Shown here in pieces: positions 13,682-26,129 of a DNA stretch of 64,000 nt. Under the pieces are notes generated by a model. The model was given only the letters and a program-made list of their open reading frames with translations, did not search any database and was not told the DNA's origin. The stretch is from Hormiphora californensis (Eukaryota; Animalia; Ctenophora): positions 3,472,001-3,536,000 of the forward strand of contig CM035359.1 in the NCBI GenBank assembly GCA_020137815.1, written 5' to 3'. The translations under genes and the position numbers were made by a program. Numbering within the stretch: the first letter of the stretch is position 1; each line of letters starts with the position of its first letter.

Positions 13682-14220
13682 ATGCCCATGAAAATGGTGA
13701 AAGCTCAGACGAGAGCCATCCAGACCCAGCTCGAGATCTTGTTGCACTGCAAACACTGTAGCAACCAGTCCTGCACCAATAACAACTGTTCTGAGTTTAA
13801 GGAGGTCCTCTCACATTTGATGACGTGTAAAACGGGACGAGCATGCCAGGTGGGTCTCTCAATGTTCTGTCTGGGGGTTTGAAGTTGGATCGTGTGTGGA
13901 AAGGGGGTGAAAAGTGACAACTTCAAAATATCTGACCTGCTAACCCTTGTTTATATTTGTATAATTTGTATTACACTCACATCATCCTCAAATTGACGTG
14001 AACACCTTGTTTTTCAGAGTCGACACTGCGCGTCCTCCTCCCAAATCCTCCGCCACTGGTCCAGCTGCACTATGGATCAATGTCCCCTGTGTTGTCCGGT
14101 TCGGAAGAAGGCGAAAACCTCTCACACTCCCTCGTCAGCTAGCACAGACAATAACTCTGCCAGCACTAACTCCAGTACCTTTAGTAACGGAGGGGATGTG
14201 GCTCCCTCCCCTATTTCCAG
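13682..14220 (+). CDS. TAZ1-type zinc-finger domain protein (CBP/p300-like TAZ), exons 13682-13849 and 14018-14220
   Basis: Spliced translation AIQTQLEILLHCKHCSNQSCTNNNCSEFKEVLSHLMTCKTGRACQ|SRHCASSSQILRHWSSCTMDQCPLCCPVRKK aligns by eye to CBP TAZ1 (LIQQQLVLLLHAHKC...[29 protein letters not shown]...CPVCLPLK). All three HCCC zinc sites are present. Confidence 0.88.
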
Positions 14221-14315
14221 GTATGAGATAGATCCTATACTACTGTAACCCTCTTGATTTTAATGTTTATACATATAGTATTACCCTCCTTATATATCTT
14301 GTAGATGGGCTGGGC

Positions 14316-14424
14316 CAGGAACCGACCGAAACAAGTAAACAACCAATCAGAACTCGTTATTTAGGTCACGTGACTGGTTATCAGCCAATCAGAGACCAGT
14401 ATTTCCTGATTCGGTCGGTTCCTG
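14316..14424. mobile_element. hAT-type MITE, 109 bp
   Basis: TIR caggaaccgaccgaa...ttcggtcggttcctg with 8-bp TSD ggctgggc. Confidence 0.9.
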
Positions 14425-14482
14425 GGCTGGGCCGTAGAGTGTGAAGAAAATTTTACTGATTAGAACTTAGAATGGATAAATC

Positions 14483-14749
14483 CTCTTTACTTAAATCGCT
14501 CTGACGTTGCACTTGTGAATGAACGTGACTCGAGGAAATGATGCTCAGATTATAAAGGCTCGTTTAGAACTTCCAAAATAACCATTTAAAGTGAGAAAAA
14601 TGAGAATAAAATTATTCTTGGAAACACTGGCTAGTGTGCGTGACCGACATTTATTGTAGTTAGGAGGAGAGAATATTAAATGGTTGCATGTATGGATGGA
14701 GTGACTGGCGGGGGGGATGGTCAACTGGTTATCAGAGAACTTGTCGAAC

Positions 14750-14816
<67 letters not shown>

Positions 14817-14817
14817 T

Positions 14818-14861
<44 letters not shown>

Positions 14862-15018
14862 TGGGTATTGGGAGAGATAGTCATGGAATATGGATAGGGT
14901 TATAGAGCGATGGGCATTGTACATTATATCATGTCCCTCTTTGTCAAAATGAATATTAAAAGAGGAGGGAGAATTATGTGTAGAGGAAGAAAAAGAGACC
15001 TTCGAGAAGTTCGAACAC

Positions 15019-15073
<55 letters not shown>

Positions 15074-16040
15074 CAGAGAGAGAGAGAGACAGAGAGAGAA
15101 AGATAGGGATCAGAGGACGTGTAGAAAGTGTAGAAAGTTGTAAGGTGGCATCTAAATTGTATTGTGAGAAGCTGGATTTGATCCTTACGTGATCCTTCCC
15201 CCTCCACTTTCGCTCCCTCTCTCGCTCCCTCTTTTTCTCTCTATCTCTCTCCTCTTTTCGCATATTCATCACTCTCCCCCCCCCCCCCTAAACCTTGTTT
15301 TCCAACTAGGTTCTCTTCAGTCTTTACATATCCCTCAGCTGCGCCATGTTCTAGATAATTCCGACTCTCTAACTGAATCAAATTTCTTTTGTGCTGTCCC
15401 CACTTGCACTCCCCCTCACTCATTCTCAACACATCTATCTCCTCCCACACTTTTCATTTACCACACACTATGACGTCAGACTTTTAAAGAGATTGGATTT
15501 TCCTGCTGCTGTCACGCTGTCACCACTGTTACTTATCTAACCCCACTCTCTCTCCCCACAGCATCTATCTAACCCCACTCTCTCGCCCACACACCACTGT
15601 TACTTATCTAACCCCACTCTCTCTCCCACACACCACTGTTACTTATCTAACCCCACTCCATCCCCCACAGCATCTATCTAACCCCACTCTCTCTCTCTCT
15701 CCCCTTCCCATATCACTTATCTAACCCCACTCTCTCCCCCACAGCATCTATCTAACCCCACTCTCTCTCCCACACACCACTGTTACTTATCTAACCCCAC
15801 TCTCTCTCTCCCCCACACACCACTGTTACTTATCTAACCCCACTCTCTCTCCCACAGCATCTATCTGAAGACTCCACCAACCCCCACAGGCCACAGCATC
15901 TATCTAACCCCACTCTCTCTCCCCTTCCCATATCACTTATCTAACCCCACTCTCTCTCTCTCCCCTTCCCATATCACTTATCTAACCCCACTCTCTCTCC
16001 CCCACATCATCTATCTGAAGACTCCACCAACCCCCACAAC
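14483..16040 (+). repeat. Local segmental duplication, copy 1 (direct copy at ~18957-20290)
   Basis: Near-identical text (ctcttactt.aaatcgctctg...gttgcacttgtgaatgaacgtgactcgagg... through the ctaaccccactc array) at both places. Confidence 0.9.
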
Positions 16041-16847
16041 CCAGCTCCCACTCAGCCCACGCCCTTGTTTGAACAAAACAAAGCTACCCCTCCCTCCCTC
16101 TCTGTCGCTCTCGTGTACTCATTTCACAAACCACACCCAATCGATTCGATTAAAGATTGCAGACACACACACACACACAGAGCGTGCTGCGTTCGAGCTA
16201 CTCAACAATTCCACATTCTCTAACATCCCCTATAGAGACACTATAATAGCCCCACTATAATAACAGTCGGATTTTTTAATCAAAATCATGACAAGGTCTT
16301 CCTAACCTCCAAATTTCAAGACTCTATCTCATCAGGAACCGAAGATATGGACGTTTGAAATACTGTCAAGTTATTTTTTCGTGTCCTCCCCACGCTAACA
16401 TTTGTCACTATCCCTGTCACTATGCCTGTATTACACGTATGTATGTGTCACGGTTTGACAGATGTTAAACTTCAGAGCCACTTGATATGATTGACCCCGG
16501 TAGTTAGGGCCGGAAGGCGGAATATATGCAAGTTCGATATACAGTTCACCCCAGACTATCCATAATACCAGTGCGTGGTTAGATTAATTACCCGTACCAA
16601 TTATCAGAATGTTAAACAAAAAGGAAAACATGTCTGACATTAAACATCCCCTGAGACAACCCCTTCAAAGAGGGATGCCCAGCTAGTACATATTTGCTAA
16701 ACGGTTTGGGACCGAATTCCTGTCTAAGGACAGGTTCGACAAGTCACGGCTAACTGTAACTCACAACTAGCATAATATGTAAGAAACTATAATCCATTTA
16801 GTCCGATTAAAACAGTATATTATTTAGCTGGGTTATATAATATGCAA
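16039..16847. repeat. ~800-bp block present again in inverted orientation at ~21082-21832
   Basis: cccagctcccactcagcccacgcccttgtttgaac... and ...gctgggttatataatatgcaa are found reverse-complemented at 21832 and 21082. Confidence 0.9.
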
Positions 16848-17020
16848 CTTCCAATATGAATATAGGGGGCATCATGTGGCTTTTTCAAAGTGCTGATTCG
16901 TTTTAGAAGCTCTGAATACGATTATTAATACTTCCATACTTCTCCCTTCCAACCATCCTCCTATATTATTTTATGTCTCTCTCTCTGATTCACCTCTTTT
17001 GGCTTTAGTCGCATACACTA

Positions 17021-18131
17021 TCCTTATTATAATAAGCAAATGAACGTCGTGAGGAGTAGTGATGTAGTATCCCACGTGCAAATAGAGGGGGGTTGCCAAG
17101 GAGGTGGCTTGGGAGGGGTATTGGAGGGTGATACTGCACGTGCATGTTGTTGGTTGTTTGTTGCGTGTTCCTGTGTTTTTCCTGTGGTGTTTTGGGATCT
17201 ACTACTGGGGCCGCCATGATTGCCAAAGCCTTTCTACCTACGTACCCCGTTGATTCTCTACACATGTCTACAATTCTACGGATCTTTATCACCTGATTCT
17301 ACATGTTATTCAGCGGGATATCCCTTGATGTTTATCACCAGCGCTCTACCACTCTACCAATCTACGTATTCTTTACCCCGACATGGAGAGACGAAGAGTT
17401 GGAGGGGGGGGGGGGGGGCATAGAGACGGGTGGGGGGGGGGGGGTGGCTATTGTAGGACTTAACAATGGGCTTTCTAGTCCTTATTATAAAGTACAAATG
17501 AACGTCGTGAGGAGTAGTGATGTAGTATCCCACGTGCAAATAGAGGGGGGTTGCCAAGGAGGTGGCTTGGGAGGGGTATGGGAGGTTGCACGTGCGGGTT
17601 GGTGCAGCGAGTGAGAGGGGTGCTCCTGGGTGAGGAAAAGTGTGGGGATTCGGGTCAACGGGTGCTCTACTTCAATGGGCTTTCTAGTCCTTATTATAAT
17701 TTGCAAATGAACGTCGTGAGGAGGAGTATGTCCTATCATCACGTGCAAATAGTGGGGGGTTGCCAAGGAGGTGCTCTGGGAGGGGTATTGGAGGGGGGAT
17801 ACTGCACGTGCATGTTTTTGGTTGTTTGTTGCGTGTTGCTGTGTTGTTCCTGTGGTGTTTTGGATCTACTGCTGGGGCCGCCATGATTGCCAAAGCCTTT
17901 CTACTTACGTACCCCGTTGATTCTCTACACTGCTACAATTCTATGGATCTTTATCACCTAATTCTACATGTTATTCATCGGGATTTCCTTTGATCACCAG
18001 CGCTCTACCACTACCAACCTTCGTATTATTTAGTCTTTACCCCGACATGGAGAGACGAAGATTGAGAGGGGGGGGGGAGCCATATAAGAGACGGGTGGGG
18101 GGTTGTTGTAAGACTACAATGGGCTTTCTAG
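17021..18131 (+). mobile_element. Non-autonomous Helitron, head-to-tail trimer (17021-17478, 17479-17687, 17688-18131)
   Basis: Each unit starts TCCTTATTATAA and ends GGGCTTTCTAG. The array is inserted between A and T with no TSD. The empty site cacta|ttatattatatccc is visible in the duplicate at ~20796-20815. Confidence 0.88.
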
Positions 18132-18465
18132 TTATATTATATCCCTCTCTTCTCGCCTCCCATCCCCCGGTTGTCACCATCTCTGTATTCTCTGTATTTA
18201 TAGATTCTTTCATGACTGTAGGGGTGTTCCTTTGTTCGACTCTCTCTAAAATACAATGGGTTTGAATAAAGCAAGTGAGATTTTCGTAATTTAGCATGAC
18301 TCTCCAATCCATCTACACAATTCTCTCATTCTTTATCTCTATCAAATTGTGGGTTGGGGTGTTTAAAAAAGAGTATGTGAAAACAGTGCAGCACTAAATC
18401 AATAGATATAAATAATAGGTATATATAAACGCACTAAATAATGGGTGTTTGAGCTGGGTGTTTGA

Positions 18466-18795
18466 ACATTGTGGATTGAAATGGATGCTTGCATCGTTTT
18501 CAGCGTCAAAAAATAGCCGGGGTACCAAATTTTGGTGTCTCTACCTTGTCTGGGACGCGAGATATTGACATTTATAAAAAACGACCAAAATGGGAGAGAG
18601 AGAGATTGTTATCTTTGGGTGCTAGTTGTTTGTGCGCGCCACCCAAGTGTAACAAACTCTCTTTCTCTCACTTTGGTCGTTTTTTATATTTGTCAATATC
18701 TCGCGTCCCAGACAAGGTAGAGACACCAAAATTTGGTACCCCGGCTATTTTTTGACGCTGAACACGATGCAAGCATCCATTTCAATCCACAATGT
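18466..18795. mobile_element. Foldback/MITE with ~145-bp near-perfect inverted arms
   Basis: acattgtggattgaaatggatgcttgcatcg...ttgtctgggacgcgagatattgaca is mirrored by tgtcaatatctcgcgtcccagacaagg...ccatttcaatccacaatgt. Confidence 0.85.
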
Positions 18796-19455
18796 ACAGA
18801 TTTTTCTGTAGAGCAATTTTATGAAAGTTGAAATAATGAACATATTACGTCATAACTAATGAACGAGACAGAATTGGAAATTTTCGATAGCGTACCAATG
18901 GTCCTGGTGGTACTCCCCGTTCATCCACTAAGTTTTGTGAGAAAACACGGTGCGCCACTCTTACTTTAAATCGCTCTGGTTGCACTTGTGAATGAACGTG
19001 ACTCGAGGAAATGATGCTCAGATTATAAAGGCTCGTTTAGAACTTCCAAAATAACCATTTAAAGTGAGAAAAATGAGAATAAAATTATTCTTGGAAACAC
19101 TGGCTAGTGTGCGTGACTGCCATTTATTGTAGTTAGGAGGAGAGAATATTAAATGGTTGCATGTATGGATGGAGTGACTGGCGGGGGGGATGGTCAAATG
19201 GTTATCAGAGAACTTGTCGAGTAGAGAGAGAGAGAGAGAGAGATAGAGAGAGAGATAAGAGAGAGAGAGATGGGTATAGAGAGATAGTCATGGAATATGG
19301 ATAGGGTTATAGAGCGATGGGCATTGTACATTATATCATGTCCCTCTTTGTCAAAATGAATATTAAAAGAGGAGGGAGAATTATGTGTAGAGGAAGAAAG
19401 AGAGACCTTCGAGAAGTTCGAACACAGAGATAGGGAAAGAGAGAGAGAGTGACAG

Positions 19456-19520
<65 letters not shown>

Positions 19521-19526
19521 CAGAGC

Positions 19527-19580
<54 letters not shown>

Positions 19581-19728
19581 AAGAGAGAGAGAGAGCGACA
19601 GAGAGAGAAAGATAGGGATCAGAGGACGTGTAGAAAGTGTAGAAAGTTGTAAGGTGGCATCTAAATTGTATTGTGTGAAGCTGGATTTGATCCTTACGTG
19701 ATCCTTCCCCCTCCATGCCTTTCGCTCC

Positions 19729-19803
<75 letters not shown>

Positions 19804-20291
19804 CTCTTTTCGCATATTCATCACTCTCTCTTTCCCCCCCCCCCCCCCCCCCGAATTACGAACCTTGTTTTCCAATTAGTTTCTCTTTAGTCTTTACATA
19901 TCCCTCAGCTGCGCCATATTCTAGATGATTCCGACTCTCTCACTGAATCAAATTTCTTTTGTGCTGTCCCCACTCCCCTCACTCATTCTCAACACATCTA
20001 TCTCCTTCCACAATTTTCATTTACCACACACTATGACGTCAGACTTTTAAAGAGATTGGATTTTCCTGCTGCTGTCACACTGTCACCACTGTTACATATC
20101 TAACCCCACTCCATCCCCCCACAGCATCTATCTAACCCCCCCCCCCCACAGCATCTATCTAACCCCACTCACTCTCCCCCACATCATCTATCTGAAGACT
20201 CCACCAACCCCCACAGGCCACAGCATCTATCTAACCCCACTCTCTCTCCCCTACCCATATCACTTATCTAACCCCACTCCCTCCCCCACAG

Positions 20292-20437
20292 TGGTTCAGA
20301 AGACTCCTCCACTCTCCCACCTACACCACCGAACGTCGAACAGGATATCCCGACCAGTATACGAGCGGAGGAGGTGGTTGTTCATAGTGACGTTGTTCCC
20401 CAAAACCCATCAAACTCTTCTCAACAAGAGCATCATC
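20292..20437 (+). CDS. Probable exon 3 of the TAZ-domain gene (S/P/E-rich linker)
   Basis: CTAAC branch, polypyrimidine tract and cacag acceptor; open in the phase-2 frame continuing exon 2 (SGSEDSSTLPPTPPNVEQDIPTSIRAEEVVVHSDVVPQNPSNSSQQEHH); gtgagt donor. Confidence 0.6.
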
Positions 20438-22136
20438 GTGAGTTTAACATTTCGTGGTTTTTAGTTGCTCATTTGAATCATGTACATATAGGGAATGGAA
20501 GTGGGGGGGGGCACATTCATGTACAAATATTATCAGTCAAAAGAAGCCATTCTGACTGTCTAGTAGTCATAATGTCCGATCGCTATAAGTTGTTCTCTAC
20601 TACATGTTTATGGAATTCCAAAAGGGGTGCCGGAACTTCCAATATGAATATAGGGGGCATCATGTGGCTTTTTCAAAGTGCTGATTCGTTTTAGAAGCTC
20701 TGAATACGATTATTATTATTAATACTTCCATACTTCTCTCTTCCAACCGTTCTCCTATCTCTCTCGGATCCACCTCTTTTGGCTTTAGTCGCATACACTA
20801 TTATATTATATCCCTCTCTTCTCGCCTCCCATCCCCCGGTTGTCACCATCTCTGTATTCTCTGAAATACAATGGGTTTGAATAAAGCAAGTGAGATTTTC
20901 GTAATTTAGCATGATTCTCAAATCCATCCCAGCTCCATCTACACAATTCTCTCATTCTTTATCTCAAATTGTGTCACGGTTGGGGTGTTTAAAAAAGAGT
21001 ATGTGAAAACAGTGCAGCATTAAATCAATAGATATAAATGATAGGTATATAAACGCACTAAATAATGGGTATAATAAGTTCTTGCATATTATATAACCCA
21101 GCTAAATAATATACTGTTTTAATCGGACTAGATGGATTATAGTTTCTTACATATTATGCTAGTTGTCAGCTGTGAGTAACAGTTAGCCGTGACTTGTCGA
21201 ACTTGTCCTTAGACAGGAATTCGGTCCCAAACCGTTTAGCAATATATGTAATATGTACTAGGGGTTGTCTTAAGGGATGTTGAATGTCAGACTTGCCTGG
21301 CTAGACTGTGTTTCGGGCGCCTCGCCCCCTTCCTTTACAAATGTAAAGGGAGGGTTAGAACATAACAATGCCAGACATGTTTTCCTTTTTGTTTAACATT
21401 CTGATAATTGGTACGGGTAAATAATCTAACCACGCACTGGTATTATGGATAGTCTGGGGTGAACTGTATTCGAACTTGCATATTCCGGCCCTAACTACCG
21501 GGGTCAAACATAACAAGTGGCTCTGAAGTTTAACATCTGTCAAACCGTGACACATACATGACGTGTAATACAGGGATAGTGACAGGGATAGTGACAAATG
21601 TTAGCGTGGGGAGGACACGAAAAAAAGAACTGTAGATTATAGTCGGATTTTTTAGTCCATAGAATGTGAGATTGTTGAGTAGCTCGAGAGTAGCACGCTC
21701 TGTCTGTGTGTGTCTGCAATCTTTAATCGGATCGATTGGGTGTGGTTTGGGAAATGAGTACACGAGAGCGACAGAGAGGGAGGGGTAGCTTTGTTTTGTT
21801 CAAACAAGGGCGTGGGCTGAGTGGGAGCTGGGTGTTTGAACGAATCTGTACAATTAGTAGAGAGCGCGACAGAAAGTGTATACTTTCGATGGGCCACAAT
21901 AGGGAAAGCGATTACAACAAAAAGCACAAAAGTAAACTCTTGATATATACATAGAGAGATCGATCTCAGAGACAGAGATGACGAGATCAGCGAATATCGC
22001 TCTCGCTCGATCTCTCGATATATATCTCTCTCTCCCTCTCTCTCTTTCAAAAGTGTACACCCAGTACTACAATCACACTGTTGTACATTCGATAGTTTCT
22101 ACATAGATCATATGATTATGTTCTACGGAAGAAGAG

Positions 22137-22320
22137 AGTCTAAATAAAAGTCTAAATAAAAGTCTAAATAAAAGTATGAATAAAAGTATGAATAAAAGTC
22201 TAAATAAAAGTCTAAATAAAAGTCTAAATAAAAGTATGAATAAAAGTATGAATAAAAGTATGAATAAAATTCTAATAAAAGTCTAATAAAAGTATATTGA
22301 ATAAAAGTATGAAATAAAAG
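22137..22320. repeat. 12-bp AT-rich tandem repeat
   Basis: (taaataaaagtc/gaataaaagtat)n. Confidence 0.9.
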
Positions 22321-22642
22321 CTAATGTTCCGAATTCGGAGTCGCCACTTCCCTCATACATTCGTTACCCCATAAGACTTCTTTTTCAGCACTTTTTCACC
22401 CACTCGCCAAAGGAGTCTGATGAAACGCACACACAACAGAAAAAAACAAAAAAAAAAGCAGACAGGGGGGAGCAGACAACGCACAGGAGGTGGAGAGAGA
22501 GAGAGAGCGCAGAGCGCCGAGAGAGTAGAGATGCGGAAGATGAGAAGAGCAAGAGAGAGATCGAGAGCGAGAGCTCAGGATGCAGAGAGAGCGAGCGCGC
22601 AGCAGTAGAGAAGCGAGAGAGAGAGAGAGAGAGAGAAGAGAA

Positions 22643-22673
<31 letters not shown>

Positions 22674-22693
22674 AAGAGGAGAAGAGAGAGTAG

Positions 22694-22754
<61 letters not shown>

Positions 22755-23644
22755 TCCTCTCTCCAGTCTCCATGACCTCAACATCGATTCTGCAGAAGAA
22801 CAAGACACGTGGTATACACGTGCTCTTGCCACATGTACCGGCGGGTTTGTATGTTATTGGTTAGAGCTGGACAGTCACGTGATTTGCAGGTCACGTGACT
22901 CCTTTAAATTACCCTAGGAATATCCGCTATTGAGAGAGAAACTGGCGTACACGCTTGCATTACCCCCCCCCGATTGCCCCATGAGGTGGGGACAGGGAAC
23001 AGGGGGGAGAGAAAGAGAAAGAGAGGGGACGGGGAGAGGAGAAGAGAGAGAGAGGACGAGAGAGGAGATGAGAGAGGAGAGAAGAGAGAGAGAGAAGAGA
23101 GAGAAGGAGAGAGTGAGAGATAGATTGGTTACCTCGCACACACGCACAAACATGTACACACGCGAAATTAGACCACGTACGCATATTTATATGTGAGCTA
23201 GGTAATCGGTAGGATTATGTTTTGTTATGATATGAGAACAAACAAATCATCGCACGCTGCACTGGCCATCCCGTCATTTTTATTATGTTTTGATACAACT
23301 GGGGGTCTTTTTTTTCTTTTTTTTCGGCCGTCAACGGGCTATTTCTCGATCCATGTGGCAGTCCGACTTAACTGGTGGCCTTTCCTTCCAAACAAATCTG
23401 AGAAATGTTACACTACGGGTCCAGTTACAAAATGGCTCTATCTAACCCAAATGCTAATATAATTAAACGCATTTCATATTTAAAAAGTTGAGCCACGTAA
23501 CTCCTTCACGTGATTCAACAATGGGAATCGACCGTCCATGCCTGATGGCAGTTTACAGGCCTGATGGCAGTTTACAGTTTGTAAATTGAAGCAGCCTGCA
23601 GCTCAGTGTTTCTTATTCTCTCGCTCGGAGAGATGAGCCTAACA

Positions 23645-23972
23645 TCTCTATTATAATTTGGAGATGAACGTCGTCGAAGTCGAAGCCGTTCGTTCAGCGG
23701 TATCTAAGCGACAGACTGCTCCTTATAAAACACACTTGATAGGCCCAAAGCTGTTTAAAAGCTGTCATTAACACTTTTGGCACTTCCAGTGGAAGTAGTT
23801 TGTGATTATTTCGAAGGACTTTTAACATGCCAGTCCCCATAGTTCCCAATTCAGTTATTGTAATGGAACCATGTTATTGATGTTTTGAAAGGGACGAAAA
23901 GATACCACCCGGCGAAGCAGGGTGGTATATCAAAAAAGCCCCTTACTGAGGCGCACCCAATGGGTGCGCTAG
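23645..23972 (+). mobile_element. Non-autonomous Helitron, second family
   Basis: a|TCTCTATTATAATTTG-AGATGAACGTCGT 5' end; 3' hairpin gcgcacccaatgggtgcgc running into CTAG|t. Inserted in a tandem repeat (gagatgagcctaaca|t...) whose neighbouring unit shows the empty A|T site. Confidence 0.82.
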
Positions 23973-24830
23973 TATGTTATATAGAGAGATGAGCCTAACA
24001 TTTGTTATATAGAGAGATGAGCCTAACATATTATGCGGGCTATTATGCACATGCCATAAGGAACTTCCTGGAGTGAGTGTATAAGTGGTGATTATGCGTG
24101 CTCTGCATATAGGTATGTATCACGGACACGTCGACAAGCCAATAGACAGGCGTGGAGAGAATCGATAATATAATATTATATAATATATATCGATTTCGAA
24201 TAAAAAACGTTTTATAGAAATTTTGTCGATGTCAAATTGATGACCTTGTATGGTTGAAAACTCCAGTGATGAATGAAAATCTCAAAGAGTATAATAGTTT
24301 CTTGCCCCCTCTTACGATCAATTAGAGTTCCCCTCTCGATCACCACTCCCCTTTTCTGACATCCCCTATTAGACTGAGATAGACAATAGTAGGTCATACC
24401 CAGCTCTTTATTTCTTCAGTCTTTCTTCTACACCCAAAAAGTCTTGCACTGTCACCCTAACCACCCACTATCACCCTATAGAATGACTATATTCAATCAA
24501 TATAATGTTTCTAACCCTCCTTTACATTTCTAAAAGTTTCGCCGTGCAGGGGGTGGTGAAAGATGGCGATATTATACCGTATGCGTACTGCGTACGCCAT
24601 GCTGTGGATTCCCACTCCGCGCGGTGGAAGGAGGGAGTTAGGGACGGGTGGCAACGAGACAACGACTTAGATAATCGAATGTTATAGGGGAGAGGGAGGG
24701 GAGGGATGGGAAGAGGCGAAAGAGCGAGAGGGGAGAGAAGAGAGATAGAGAGAGCGAGAGAGAGAGAGACGAGCGAGAGAGAGAGAGAGAGAGAGAGCAG
24801 ACTCTATCTCTCTTCTCTCTCTATATCAGG

Positions 24831-24879
<49 letters not shown>

Positions 24880-26129
24880 ATCTCTCAGTCTCTCTCGGTC
24901 TCTCTCGCAGCTCGCTGCCAGCTGATCGAACCTTAATTAATGTGAGCTCGAAACTAAAGGTACTTTCACCCTCCCAATCGTTATATCTCTCCATATCTAT
25001 CACCTTAGCGTCTCTTTCCCTCTCTCCTTATCCATCTCTCCCTGAGTCATCCATCTGAAACATGATCGCCACCCTAAATTACGTTATGTTGTAAAATAGT
25101 TAGAATCCTTCTATATAAGGACTCGGAATCACTTATCTTAATACCACTGTCAGGACTCCAATGGTGGTATTAATCTAAGAAAGATAAGAGAACCGCGTCA
25201 TCCCCACCGGCAGCAATCACTTTCATAATTTGATAGCTTATTATATGGATCGAATATTCCCAAATTTAGATGGTTTTTGGTCAATACGATCGGATTAAAA
25301 AGTCTTTACTGACTCCATATTTTACGATCTCATGATGCATGCATTATGAGATTCATTGGATCAAGAGGTTCACTTCAATTTGGGTATTAATATTAGAACA
25401 ATAGGCTCCAATGTGTGCGTGTAAGAACTGCTCGGGTCTGAAGAAATGTAGACACACGTGCCCTCCCTTTGAGCACGTGAGAGATAGAGAGAGAGAGAGA
25501 GATAAAGAGGGAGGAGGAGAGAGAGAGAAAAAGAGATGGAAAAAGAGATGGAAAAAGAGATGTAAAAAGAGAGGGAATTGGGAAAGCTGCTTCTTTCTAG
25601 AAAACGTAGATATATTATTCTCCTAGTTCTTTAGAACTTAAAGTGAGAGAAAGAAGAATCATACGTTATTCTTCGACAGTAAAGGAGAATAGTTCTTTAG
25701 AATTTGGAGTGACATGGAAAAGGACAAAGGTGAGAGAATTGACGCTTCAACTTTTAGAGTGTAAACTGTTGTAGACTCCATGTTCTGCGGTCTGTCATGA
25801 TAGATCCAGAGTGTGTGCGTGTGTGTGTCGGTGTAGGGTGTAAGGAAAGTAAGAAAAGCCGTACGGCACATAGGGAGGGAGAGAGACAGCGAGAGAGAGA
25901 GAGATGATCCTTTCTGCAGAACTTTCTCTGTCGTGTGCTCCATTCGTTATTTATTTATTATCTCTCGACATCTTCTCCCACAACACACACTTCTATCGCT
26001 TCTCGCTCTCTCTGCTCTCGTCTCTCTCTCTCTCTCTCTCGATGTTCATTCTTTGTCTCATCTGAGCATCTTTTCTTGTCTTATGTTTATTGATTCAGTC
26101 ACAAAGAGAGAGGGAGAAGGAGAGAAAGT

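Noticed and set aside
12491-25000. Many ERERER/SLSLSL ORFs in the ORF track
   Set aside because: They are translations of (GA)n/(TC)n microsatellites.
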